54,770 nucleotides of DNA from Bacillota bacterium. Its GTDB lineage: Bacteria > Bacillota > SHA-98 > Ch115. The stretch covers positions 1 through 54,770 of the forward strand of contig DUSO01000129.1 in the NCBI GenBank assembly GCA_012842565.1, written 5' to 3'. Below the pieces are notes generated by a model, which saw nothing but the letters and a program-made list of their open reading frames with translations, was not told the origin of the DNA and ran no database searches. The translations under genes and the position numbers were made by a program. Shown here one piece after another: positions 9,171 to 17,141 of this stretch (position 1 is its first letter; each line of letters opens with the position of its first letter).

Positions 9171-9283
9171 TGCAGCCGGCCTGCAATCCAGTTCATCTCT
9201 TGCTCGGGGCCGCGGCCGGCCGCGGCCGGTGCGATAGAACGGCGCCGGTACTATAAGGCAGTACATAGGAGGAGCGCTCTAGG

Positions 9284-10303
9284 ATGCGGCAACAGGTGGC
9301 AGCGATACAAGATGCCATGGCTCGAGAGGTTAAAGCTGCTGGCACTACCGTGCAGCTCGACGAATTGAGGCGCAAATACCTTGGCAGGAAGGGCATGGTG
9401 GCCCGGCTCTTTGATGAGCTTTCGCGGCTCGAACCGGACGAAAGGCGGGAATCCGGCCGCCTGCTCAACGAGTTGAAGGCCCGGTGCGAGGAGATGATAT
9501 CGAGGCGACGGGCCGAGATAGAAAGGGAGGAGACCAGGCAGGCACTATCCCGCGAAACGATCGACGTGACCATGCCCGGGAGGCGGCCGCCGCTTGGCAG
9601 GAAACACCCCATAAGCCGCGTCTTTGATGAATTGAAGGAAATATTCCTCAGGATGGGTTTCGAGGCTGTCGACGGCCCGGAAGTGGAGCTGGACTACTAT
9701 AATTTCGAAGCCCTGAATATCCCGCACAACCATCCTGCCAGGGACATCCAGGATACCTTCTACGTGACTGACGAGGTGCTGCTGAGGACCCATACGTCGC
9801 CCGTCCAGATCCGGACAATGGAGGGACGCAGGCCTCCGATTCGCGTAATAGTGCCTGGAAGGGCCTACAGGTCAGATGCCACGGATGCCTCCCATTCGCC
9901 TGTATTCCACCAGCTCGAGGGCCTCGCCGTGGACCGGGGCGTGAGGTTTTCCGACTTGAGAGGCACGCTTGCGCTGTGGGCCAAGGAATTCTTCGGACCT
10001 GATACCAAGGTGCGATTCAGGCCCCATTACTTCCCGTTCACCGAGCCTAGTGCCGAGGTCGATGTCACCTGTGTGATGTGTGGTGGTCATGGCTGCCGCC
10101 TGTGTAAGATGACCGGCTGGCTGGAGGTCATGGGGGCGGGGATGGTCCATCCAAGGGTCCTCGAGAATGTCGGCTATGATCCCCGTGAGTTGAGTGGGTT
10201 TGCGTTCGGAATGGGCGTAGACAGGCTGGTCATGCTCAAATACGGGGTAAGCGATATCCGGCTGCTCTTAGAAAATGACATGCGTTTTCTAAAGAGCATC
10301 TAA
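9284..10303 (+). CDS. pheS: Phenylalanine--tRNA ligase alpha subunit
   Basis: HPARDIQDTFY, FRPHYFPFTEPSAEVD and GFAFGMGVDRL are class II PheS motifs. AGGAGG lies upstream of ATG 9284. Confidence 0.95.
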   Translation: MRQQVAAIQDAMAREVKAAGTTVQLDELRRKYLGRKGMVARLFDELSRLEPDERRESGRLLNELKARCEEMISRRRAEIEREETRQALSRETIDVTMPGRRPPLGRKHPISRVFDELKEIFLRMGFEAVDGPEVELDYYNFEALNIPHNHPARDIQDTFYVTDEVLLRTHTSPVQIRTMEGRRPPIRVIVPGRAYRSDATDASHSPVFHQLEGLAVDRGVRFSDLRGTLALWAKEFFGPDTKVRFRPHYFPFTEPSAEVDVTCVMCGGHGCRLCKMTGWLEVMGAGMVHPRVLENVGYDPRELSGFAFGMGVDRLVMLKYGVSDIRLLLENDMRFLKSI

Positions 10304-10406
10304 CGGTGACATGAATCCGGCTGTATATATCCGGCGTTTTTATGTCTATGTGCCGCGCCTTTCGGCGCCGGTCCGGGAGAGCTAAGATCAGGGAGGATAG
10401 CCGAGA

Positions 10407-12491
10407 ATGCGGGTGCCATATAGCTGGCTAAAGGAGTACGTCGAGTTTGACGAGAGCCCCGGGGAGATCGCAAACATCCTGACTATGACAGGCACCAAGG
10501 TTGAGTCGGTCGAGAGCGACGACGGTGGAGAAGCCGTGCTTGACCTCGAGATAACTCCAAACAGGCCTGATTGCCTGTCAGTAATAGGGATTGCACGGGA
10601 AATAGCAGCCGCGCTGGGGAGGCCCCTCAAATTCGTGCCGGTGGCAGCAGAGGGGAAGGGAGCGGCTACACGTGAGCTGGTATCAGTTGAGATCCAGGAC
10701 CCGGAGCTGGCCCCACGCTACATAGCGAGAGTAATAAGAAATGTCAAGGTAGGACCATCCCCCCTCTGGATGCAGAAAAGGCTCAAGGCATGCGGGATAA
10801 GGCCGATATGCAATGTAGTGGATATAACAAACTATGTCATGCTGGAGTGTGGCCAGCCACTACATGCCTTTGACTACGACAAGATCAGGGGGCACAAGAT
10901 CATCGTCCGGCGGGCGAAGCCGGGGGAGCAAATAGTGACGCTGGACGGAGAAACAAGGGCCCTCGACCGGGATATCCTGGTGATCGCAGATGAAGACACT
11001 CCTGTTGCCATAGCCGGGGTAATGGGGGGATTGGATACTGAGGTGACCTGGGATACTTCCACGGTCCTCCTGGAATCAGCAAATTTCTCGGGGTCGAGCA
11101 TATGGCGTACATCCAAGCGACTCAAGCTCAGGACCGAGGCTTCGCTCAGGTTTGACAAGGGCTTAGACCCGGAGCTTGCGGTGCTGGGGCAAAGCATGGC
11201 TTGTGAGCTGTTTTCGAGGCTGGGCGTCGGGGAGGTGGCCTCAGGGTGGGTAGATGTCTACCCTCGGCCGGAGGCGCCCCGCATGTTTGTACTCGATCCC
11301 GGGCGGGTCAACCGGCTCCTCGGGGTACAACTCACCCCGGGTGACATGGCGGCCCTTCTCGAGAGGCTCCAGATACCCGCGAAGGTGGGCCGGGATGGCA
11401 CTATAGCTGTGGAGGTCCCGGGCTTCAGGCGCGATCTTTCCATCGAAGCCGACTTCGTGGAGGAAATAGCGAGGCTCTATGGCTACGAGAGAGTGGCGGC
11501 CACGACCCTGGAGGGCCCACTCCCCGAGAGGATCGAGGCACCGTTCGCGCCCATTGAGACAAGCTCGCGAGAGATTATGCTGAGGCTGGGATTAGATGAA
11601 GTCGTCACATCGAGCCTGGTCGGCCCATGGGCCTTTGACCTCATCAATCTTCCTGCCGAAAGCCCGCTCAAATGTGCGGTCAAGATCGCAAACCCACTGG
11701 CAGAGGATGAGAGCATGCTCAGGACGACGCTCATTCCCAGCATCGTAGCGGTGCTCAGGAGAAACTCGGATCGGGACGTTCCGAATGTGAGGTGCTTTGA
11801 GATAGGGCGGGTATACATCCCTGTGGAGGGCGGCCGGCAGCCTGAAGAGAGGAGGATCCTCGCCGGGGGCCTCATGGGCAATCTCCCGGAAGCCACATGG
11901 GGAGTGGAGAGGAGAAAGATAGATTTCTTTGACGCAAAGGGAATAATCGAAGCCTACCTCGATGAGGTTGGCGTCGAGGATTACTATTTCGAGAGATTCA
12001 CCCACCCGTCGCTTCACCCGGGCCGGGCGGCGCTTATATGGAGTCGACATGGAGAGGGCCCGCCCCGGGAGCTTGGATTCCTGGGAGAGCTGAGCCCGGA
12101 GGTCTCGAAGAACTGCGGTTTCCCCAGCCGCGTCTATGTCTTTGAGCTCGACCTTGGGACTATAGCCAGTCTTGCCAGTCCGCGCAAGGTAGCTCTTGAA
12201 CCACCGAGGTTTCCCGCTGTCGCGAGGGACATAGCCATGGTCGTGCCCCTGGATGTCTCTTACAGGCACGTAGAGGATGCAATAAGGGATGCTGCCGGGG
12301 AGCTCCTGGAGGATGTCACGCTTTTCGATGAATATACCGGGCCCCAGGTGCCTGAGGGCCATCACAGCCTTGCCTTCAGGATGGTCCTGCGTGCCAGGGA
12401 GAAAACATTGACGGATGAGGAGGCAAATAGAGTCTGGGAGGCAGTGGCAGAGAGGGTCACAAGGGACTGCAAGGCAACGGTAAGAAGGTAA
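10407..12491 (+). CDS. pheT: Phenylalanine--tRNA ligase beta subunit (short form, B2 OB-fold domain absent)
   Basis: MRVPYSWLKEYV N-terminus. B3/B4 block NVVDITNYVMLECGQPLHAFD. C-terminal FDX-ACB domain. At 694 aa the sequence passes from ...TKVESVES directly to ...VLDLEITPNRPDCLS. Confidence 0.9.
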   Translation: MRVPYSWLKEYVEFDESPGEIANILTMTGTKVESVESDDGGEAVLDLEITPNRPDCLSVIGIAREIAAALGRPLKFVPVAAEGKGAATRELVSVEIQDPELAPRYIARVIRNVKVGPSPLWMQKRLKACGIRPICNVVDITNYVMLECGQPLHAFDYDKIRGHKIIVRRAKPGEQIVTLDGETRALDRDILVIADEDTPVAIAGVMGGLDTEVTWDTSTVLLESANFSGSSIWRTSKRLKLRTEASLRFDKGLDPELAVLGQSMACELFSRLGVGEVASGWVDVYPRPEAPRMFVLDPGRVNRLLGVQLTPGDMAALLERLQIPAKVGRDGTIAVEVPGFRRDLSIEADFVEEIARLYGYERVAATTLEGPLPERIEAPFAPIETSSREIMLRLGLDEVVTSSLVGPWAFDLINLPAESPLKCAVKIANPLAEDESMLRTTLIPSIVAVLRRNSDRDVPNVRCFEIGRVYIPVEGGRQPEERRILAGGLMGNLPEATWGVERRKIDFFDAKGIIEAYLDEVGVEDYYFERFTHPSLHPGRAALIWSRHGEGPPRELGFLGELSPEVSKNCGFPSRVYVFELDLGTIASLASPRKVALEPPRFPAVARDIAMVVPLDVSYRHVEDAIRDAAGELLEDVTLFDEYTGPQVPEGHHSLAFRMVLRAREKTLTDEEANRVWEAVAERVTRDCKATVRR

Positions 12492-12543
12492 GAGGTATTC
12501 CGGATGCCGTGTCGAATACCCCAACAGGGATCCAAACCTGGAG

Positions 12544-12864
12544 GTGGATGGTTTGACCGAGCCTTCGGTTGGTGAAAACAAGCCTTCGGCCAGAGAAAGC
12601 ACCGCTGCCAGTGCCACGAGAAAGTCCAGGGTCGTTGTCAAGATACTGGGCGAAGACTACACCATATTGGGGGATGCTGATCCCGACTATATCAGAAACC
12701 TGGCGGCGGATGTAGATGCAAGACTTCGCCAGGCACTCGAGTCAAACCGCAAGCTGGCTCGTAGCCAGGCTGCTATACTTACATGCCTCAATATCACGGA
12801 TGAGCTCAACAAGCTCAAAGCCCAGTACGACGAGCTCGTCCGCTTGATCGAGGATGCGAAATAG
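12544..12864 (+). CDS. zapA: Cell division protein ZapA
   Basis: VKILGEDYTILGDADPDYIRNLAADVDARL...AILTCLNITDEL is the ZapA pattern. Same position as zapA (yshA) after pheT in Bacillus. The start may be TTG 12553, which has GGAGGTG 6 nt upstream. Confidence 0.8.
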   Translation: MDGLTEPSVGENKPSARESTAASATRKSRVVVKILGEDYTILGDADPDYIRNLAADVDARLRQALESNRKLARSQAAILTCLNITDELNKLKAQYDELVRLIEDAK

Positions 12865-12870
12865 CGAGGT

Positions 12871-13707
12871 GTGCCTTTGGACTGGTTCAGTATCGTCATC
12901 CTGGTGGTCCTCGGGTTTTATGCTATAGGAGGCCTGAGGGCTGGCCTGATACGCCAGGTGATAGGCCTATTTGGCATAATAGTGGCGCTCGTCCTGGCTT
13001 TTCGCCATTTTGAGGCCGTGGGGCGGGCCATAGCCGGCTATGTCGCGATGGATATGGCGCTCGCCAATGTTGCGGGGTTTTCTGCCATTGTCATAGGGGT
13101 CCTTCTGGCTGCGTCAATCATAGGCCACCTCTGGTCCAGGCTGGCTCGTCTTGCTCCCATATCTCTTTTGGATTCAATCGGCGGAGCGGCCTTTGGCCTG
13201 CTCAAGGGGCTTATCCTTGTTTCAATCGTATTGATATTGCTCTCCGCTTTGCCCTTTGCCGGGGTCCGGGCCGCTATCGACGGCTCCACAGTCGCCTCAG
13301 GACTTTTATCCATAGCCCCTACCTTTTACGCGAGGATCGAGAGGTCTCTCCCTGCAGACGTCCCGAGGCTCATGATTTCTCCGGAAGGTATTCGCCTGAG
13401 GCGCATCGATTTTTCCAGCCTGGACGGAGCCAAGTGCGTGGCTTGCGGCGGAAGAGTCAGGTTTACCGGCATAGTCCGGAAGGGCTATGCCAATGTCCCG
13501 AAATTCGTGTGCTCCCGGTGCGGGAGGACAAGCGACGGGTGCCAGACATACCAGGGATTTCACTTGATCTACGGGGAGTGTCCCGTCGAGCGAGCAAGAG
13601 AGGGGTTTCGAATCGATTGCAAGGTGTGGCCAAATAATAGATTTGTACTGCCCCAGGGGCCGTGTCCCGTTTGTGGAGCAACGCTTGGGCGAAGGACGCG
13701 GAGTTAG
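12871..13707 (+). CDS. CvpA-family membrane protein with C-terminal Cys-rich zinc-ribbon extension
   Basis: The N-terminal ~165 aa has 4 TM helices in the CvpA/YshB pattern, in the yshB position. The C-terminal ~95 aa carries CVAC, CSRC and CPVC pairs plus extra Cys residues. Confidence 0.7.
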   Translation: MPLDWFSIVILVVLGFYAIGGLRAGLIRQVIGLFGIIVALVLAFRHFEAVGRAIAGYVAMDMALANVAGFSAIVIGVLLAASIIGHLWSRLARLAPISLLDSIGGAAFGLLKGLILVSIVLILLSALPFAGVRAAIDGSTVASGLLSIAPTFYARIERSLPADVPRLMISPEGIRLRRIDFSSLDGAKCVACGGRVRFTGIVRKGYANVPKFVCSRCGRTSDGCQTYQGFHLIYGECPVERAREGFRIDCKVWPNNRFVLPQGPCPVCGATLGRRTRS

Positions 13708-13723
13708 GGAGTGAGTCACAGCT

Positions 13724-13891
13724 ATGGATGTAGAAACAGCGGTTGTGGGAGTGCTGATGGCCTGTTTGCTGGTGGGCGGCGTCTACGCGTCGCGAAAGGT
13801 TGATCGTTACCTTAAGTTACAGGCCCAGGCGGAGGGCCGGGAGAGGGAGGAAGCGCGCCGGGGGGCGGGCAGTCGTAGAAAGGCGCGCTAG
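13724..13891 (+). CDS. Small (55 aa) single-TM protein, not in the ORF track
   Basis: ATG 13724 opens MDVETAVVGVLMACLLVGGVYASRKVDRYLKLQAQAEGREREEARRGAGSRRKAR. This is one hydrophobic helix plus a charged tail. GGGAGTGAG lies about 9 nt upstream. The TAG stop overlaps the polX GTG (TAGTG). Confidence 0.4.
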   Translation: MDVETAVVGVLMACLLVGGVYASRKVDRYLKLQAQAEGREREEARRGAGSRRKAR

Positions 13892-15630
13892 TGCCGGTGC
13901 CAATGGTTGATAACCTCAAAATCGCGGCCATTTTCTATGAGATAGCTGACCTCCTCGACCTCAAGGGGGATAACCCTTTTAAGTCCCGCGCATACAGGAG
14001 GGCCGGTGAGAAGCTCGAAGGGCTTGCTGAACCCATAGGCGAGCTATTGCGGCAGGGAAAGCTCGAGCATATCGAGGGCATCGGCGAGGCGTTGTCCAAG
14101 AAGATAGAGGAGCTTGTCACCACCGGCAGCCTGAGGTATTACGAAAACCTGAAAGCCGAGGTTCCTGCAGGCCTCCTCGAACTCCTCGATATACCCGGTG
14201 TTGGCCCCAAGACGGCGCGGGCTATCTACCAGGCGCTGGGCATCTCCGGCGTTGATGCTGTCGAGGCTGCCGCGCGGGCCGGCAAGATCCGCGGCATTCC
14301 AGGGATGGGGGTAAAGACCGAGCAGAATATCCTGCGCGGCATAGAGATACTGCGCAGCCGAAGCGGTCGTATACCGCTCGGCGTTATCTATCCCATCGCC
14401 GTCCGCCTGGAGGAATCGATAAAGAGGCTACCTCATGTCGAGGACGCACGGCTGGCTGGCAGCGTCCGGAGGATGAAGGAGACCGCCGGAGATATAGACA
14501 TCGTAGTGACGGGTGGTGCGCCCGAGGAGATCATCTCCGACATAGCGAGGCTGCCGGACGTCCGTGAGGTTATAAGCTCCGGGGCGAGCCGGGCAAGGCT
14601 GGTTATCCGGGAAGGCATCGAGGCAGATATATGGGTGGTCAGGCCCGCTGAGTTCTGGACGGCGCTGCACCACGCGACGGGGTCGAAAGAACATAATGTA
14701 AGACTCCGGGAGATCGCCCGGGGCCTGGGACTCAAGCTCAATGAGTATGGAGTCTTTGCGGGCCCGGATGAAAAGATCCCGGTCAACGGGGAAGAAGGAA
14801 TATATGAGATCTTGGGGATGCAGTATATTCCCCCGGAGATACGCGAAGACAGGGGAGAGATTGAATCAGCCCTGGCTTTTAGCCTGCCGGACCTCATAGC
14901 CTCCATTGACATAAAAGGGGACCTCCACATGCATACAGACTGGAGCGATGGTGTCGCCACCATCGAGGAGATGGTAGAAGCCGGCCGCCGGAGGGGGTAT
15001 TCCTATATTGCCATCTGCGACCATTCTAAGTCCCTGGGTATAGCGCGCGGGCTCAAGGATGAGGACCTCCTCAAACAGGCCGATTACATACGAAAGCTAA
15101 ATGGCCGGGCGGGCGGCATCAGGGTGCTGGCGGGTGTAGAGGTGGATATACGAAAGGACGGCACACTCGATTACCCTGATGAGATATTGTCCCAGCTCGA
15201 CTGTGTGGTGGCCTCCATTCATTCCGGATTCAGGCAGGACCGGGAAACCATGACCTCACGCATTATCTCCGCCCTCAAGAATCCCAATGTAGATATCCTG
15301 GCGCATCCCACCGGGAGGCTGCTCGGGCGTAGGGAAGCGTATGACGTGGATATGGATGCTGTCATCGTCGAGGCGGCTTCTACCGGGACAATCCTTGAGA
15401 TAAACTCCTACCCGGATCGCCTTGATCTCCCGGATGTCTGGGCACGGCGCGCAAAGGAAGCCGGCTGCAAGATAGCAATTAATACCGATGCCCATTCCCC
15501 TGACCAGCTCTCACATATATGGTTCGGCGTGAGCGTCGCCCGGAGGGGCTGGCTTACGCGCGACGACGTCGTCAATTCATGGCCTGCCGAAAAGCTCCTC
15601 GACTACCTGGCAAGACACCATGTCGAATAA
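13891..15630 (+). CDS. polX: DNA polymerase/3'-5' exonuclease PolX (Pol beta-like + PHP domain)
   Basis: HhH motifs are present (GIGEALSKKIEE, GVGPKTARAIYQ). Nucleotidyltransferase block GSVRRMKETAGDIDIVV. PHP block DLHMHTDWSDG...ICDHS. The alternative start ATG 13903 is equally plausible. Confidence 0.9.
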   Translation: MPVPMVDNLKIAAIFYEIADLLDLKGDNPFKSRAYRRAGEKLEGLAEPIGELLRQGKLEHIEGIGEALSKKIEELVTTGSLRYYENLKAEVPAGLLELLDIPGVGPKTARAIYQALGISGVDAVEAAARAGKIRGIPGMGVKTEQNILRGIEILRSRSGRIPLGVIYPIAVRLEESIKRLPHVEDARLAGSVRRMKETAGDIDIVVTGGAPEEIISDIARLPDVREVISSGASRARLVIREGIEADIWVVRPAEFWTALHHATGSKEHNVRLREIARGLGLKLNEYGVFAGPDEKIPVNGEEGIYEILGMQYIPPEIREDRGEIESALAFSLPDLIASIDIKGDLHMHTDWSDGVATIEEMVEAGRRRGYSYIAICDHSKSLGIARGLKDEDLLKQADYIRKLNGRAGGIRVLAGVEVDIRKDGTLDYPDEILSQLDCVVASIHSGFRQDRETMTSRIISALKNPNVDILAHPTGRLLGRREAYDVDMDAVIVEAASTGTILEINSYPDRLDLPDVWARRAKEAGCKIAINTDAHSPDQLSHIWFGVSVARRGWLTRDDVVNSWPAEKLLDYLARHHVE

Positions 15631-15689
15631 AGGCTTCGTAGAAAAAGCTATACTAAACGAGTGAGCAGAGGGATTCCGGCGAAGGCCCC

Positions 15690-16466
15690 TTGAGAGGGCT
15701 CAACGCCCCCGCCGGGGCGCACGCCGTCTTCCCCGACTTTATGCAGGTGATTCGCGCCGTGCTGGCTGTTGTAGGCAAAGCAGTCTTCATGTACCTGTTT
15801 GTGCTGTTTGTCATTCGGCTCATGGGCAAGCGGGAGGTGGGACAGCTGTCCCCCTTTGACCTTGTGGTCGCCATAATGATAGCCGACCTGGCAGCGCTGC
15901 CCCTGGAAGAGAGGCACATCCGCATAACGGATGCGGTGGTGCCCATAGCGGTGCTTGTCATTCTCGAGGTAGGCATGGCATATCTCAGCTTGAAGAGCGA
16001 TACGGCCAGGCGGGTCATTGTCGGCGGGCCCACAGTGGTGATTGAAAATGGGCGCATCCTCGAGTGGAACCTGAGGAAACTCCGTTATAACATAAACGAT
16101 CTCCTGTCGCAGCTCAGAGAGAAGGATGTGCACAATATAGCTGATGTGGAGTATGCAGTCCTCGAAACATCGGGGCAACTCAGCGTGCTCAAGAAATCTC
16201 AAAAGCGCCCGGTCACTCCGGAGGATCTCAAGATTCAGACATCCTATGAGGGGTTGCCGTTCCCGCTCATCATCGACGGCCGGATAAATTACGAAAACCT
16301 AAATCGTCTGAAACTTACAGTAAAATGGCTGCAGGATGAACTCCGCAAGCACGGCGTTGATTCCCCCGCGGACGTCCTTTTTGCATCACTTGATACCCAG
16401 GGAAACCTCTATGTTTCGATCAAACAGGCAGCTGAGGTCAAGAAGGCGCAGTTTGACCAGCAATAG
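15690..16466 (+). CDS. DUF421 (YetF-like) membrane protein
   Basis: N-terminal TM region with MGKREVGQLSPFDLVVAIMIADLA. C-terminal repeats of the ...LRKxxV..IxDVxxAxLExxGxLSV type are typical of DUF421/YetF proteins. The start may be ATG 15741. Confidence 0.65.
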   Translation: MRGLNAPAGAHAVFPDFMQVIRAVLAVVGKAVFMYLFVLFVIRLMGKREVGQLSPFDLVVAIMIADLAALPLEERHIRITDAVVPIAVLVILEVGMAYLSLKSDTARRVIVGGPTVVIENGRILEWNLRKLRYNINDLLSQLREKDVHNIADVEYAVLETSGQLSVLKKSQKRPVTPEDLKIQTSYEGLPFPLIIDGRINYENLNRLKLTVKWLQDELRKHGVDSPADVLFASLDTQGNLYVSIKQAAEVKKAQFDQQ

Positions 16467-16481
16467 ACCGGGGGGATATAC

Positions 16482-17027
16482 ATGGAACTGTCACGAGAAT
16501 TCAGAGAGCGGTATGTCAAGACCCTCCAGGGTCGCGATTATATCGTCTACGGGGGGCTCCTGGACCTTGCCCGGCGGGCTGGGCTGAGGCGGATATCCAC
16601 CCATGTCGTCCAGATCCCGAGCGCTGAGAACGGGATGTACGCCGTGGTAGAGGCGGAGGTGGAGGTGGAGAACGGGGTCTTCAAGGAGGTCGGGGACGCA
16701 TCCCCCGGCAGCGTCAACCGGGCCATCGTGCCGCACCTGCTGCGGATGGCCGCCACACGGGCCAAAGCGAGGGCGCTCCGGGACGCGGTGGGAGTCGACA
16801 TGGTGGCTCTCGAGGAATTGGGGGACGCGCTGCCGGAAGACGAGATCCCATCGCCGCCCCGCCCTGAGGAGATCGTAATCGGTTTCGGCAAATATGCCAG
16901 GAACACCCTCGGCGAGATCCTCGACCGGGATCCCGGCTACGTCGAGTGGCTGCGGGACAATGCCAGGGATGAGGTAGTCCGCCGGGCTGCAAAGGACTTG
17001 CTTGACAGCAGAAACACCCTGCAGTAG
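16482..17027 (+). CDS. Hypothetical 181-aa protein (unrecognised N-domain; ExoX-C/DUF3820-like C-terminal motif)
   Basis: Protein-like composition, and ATG lies 15 nt after the DUF421 stop. The C-terminal FGKYARNTLGEILDRDPGYVEWL resembles the GKYxGxTLxEI..DPxYLxWL module. In the N-domain, GDASPGSVN...RMAATRAKARALRDA was not assigned to a family. Confidence 0.6.
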   Translation: MELSREFRERYVKTLQGRDYIVYGGLLDLARRAGLRRISTHVVQIPSAENGMYAVVEAEVEVENGVFKEVGDASPGSVNRAIVPHLLRMAATRAKARALRDAVGVDMVALEELGDALPEDEIPSPPRPEEIVIGFGKYARNTLGEILDRDPGYVEWLRDNARDEVVRRAAKDLLDSRNTLQ

Positions 17028-17141
17028 AGTAGGCAGTGGTCGAATGCCCCATGCCTCCGAGGAGGCTGACGGCTGAAGCCAGCCGCATGTGCGGCCTTCC
17101 CTGTGTGGGGCATCCGGGGCGGACCGGGAGAGGAGACCACG

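Noticed and set aside
8942-9196. 84-aa minus-strand ORF in the trmH-pheS spacer
   Set aside because: It lies across the predicted pheS leader hairpins and has no SD or motifs. The region is better explained as structured RNA.
9207-9230. Tandem GC palindrome (GCCGCGGCCG x2) considered as a CRISPR or REP-like repeat
   Set aside because: There are only two adjacent 10-nt units with no spacers, and the motif recurs nowhere else in the window. It is treated as a local hairpin in the pheS leader.
11592-12641. 349-aa minus-strand ORF antisense to pheT
   Set aside because: It overlaps a well-supported pheT frame in full. The composition is Arg/Pro/Leu-rich and typical of the antisense frame of GC-rich genes. 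No recognisable motif.
15648-16202. 184-aa and 134-aa minus-strand ORFs overlapping the DUF421 gene
   Set aside because: The plus-strand frame shows TM helices and DUF421 repeats. The minus products are His/Gly/Pro-rich.
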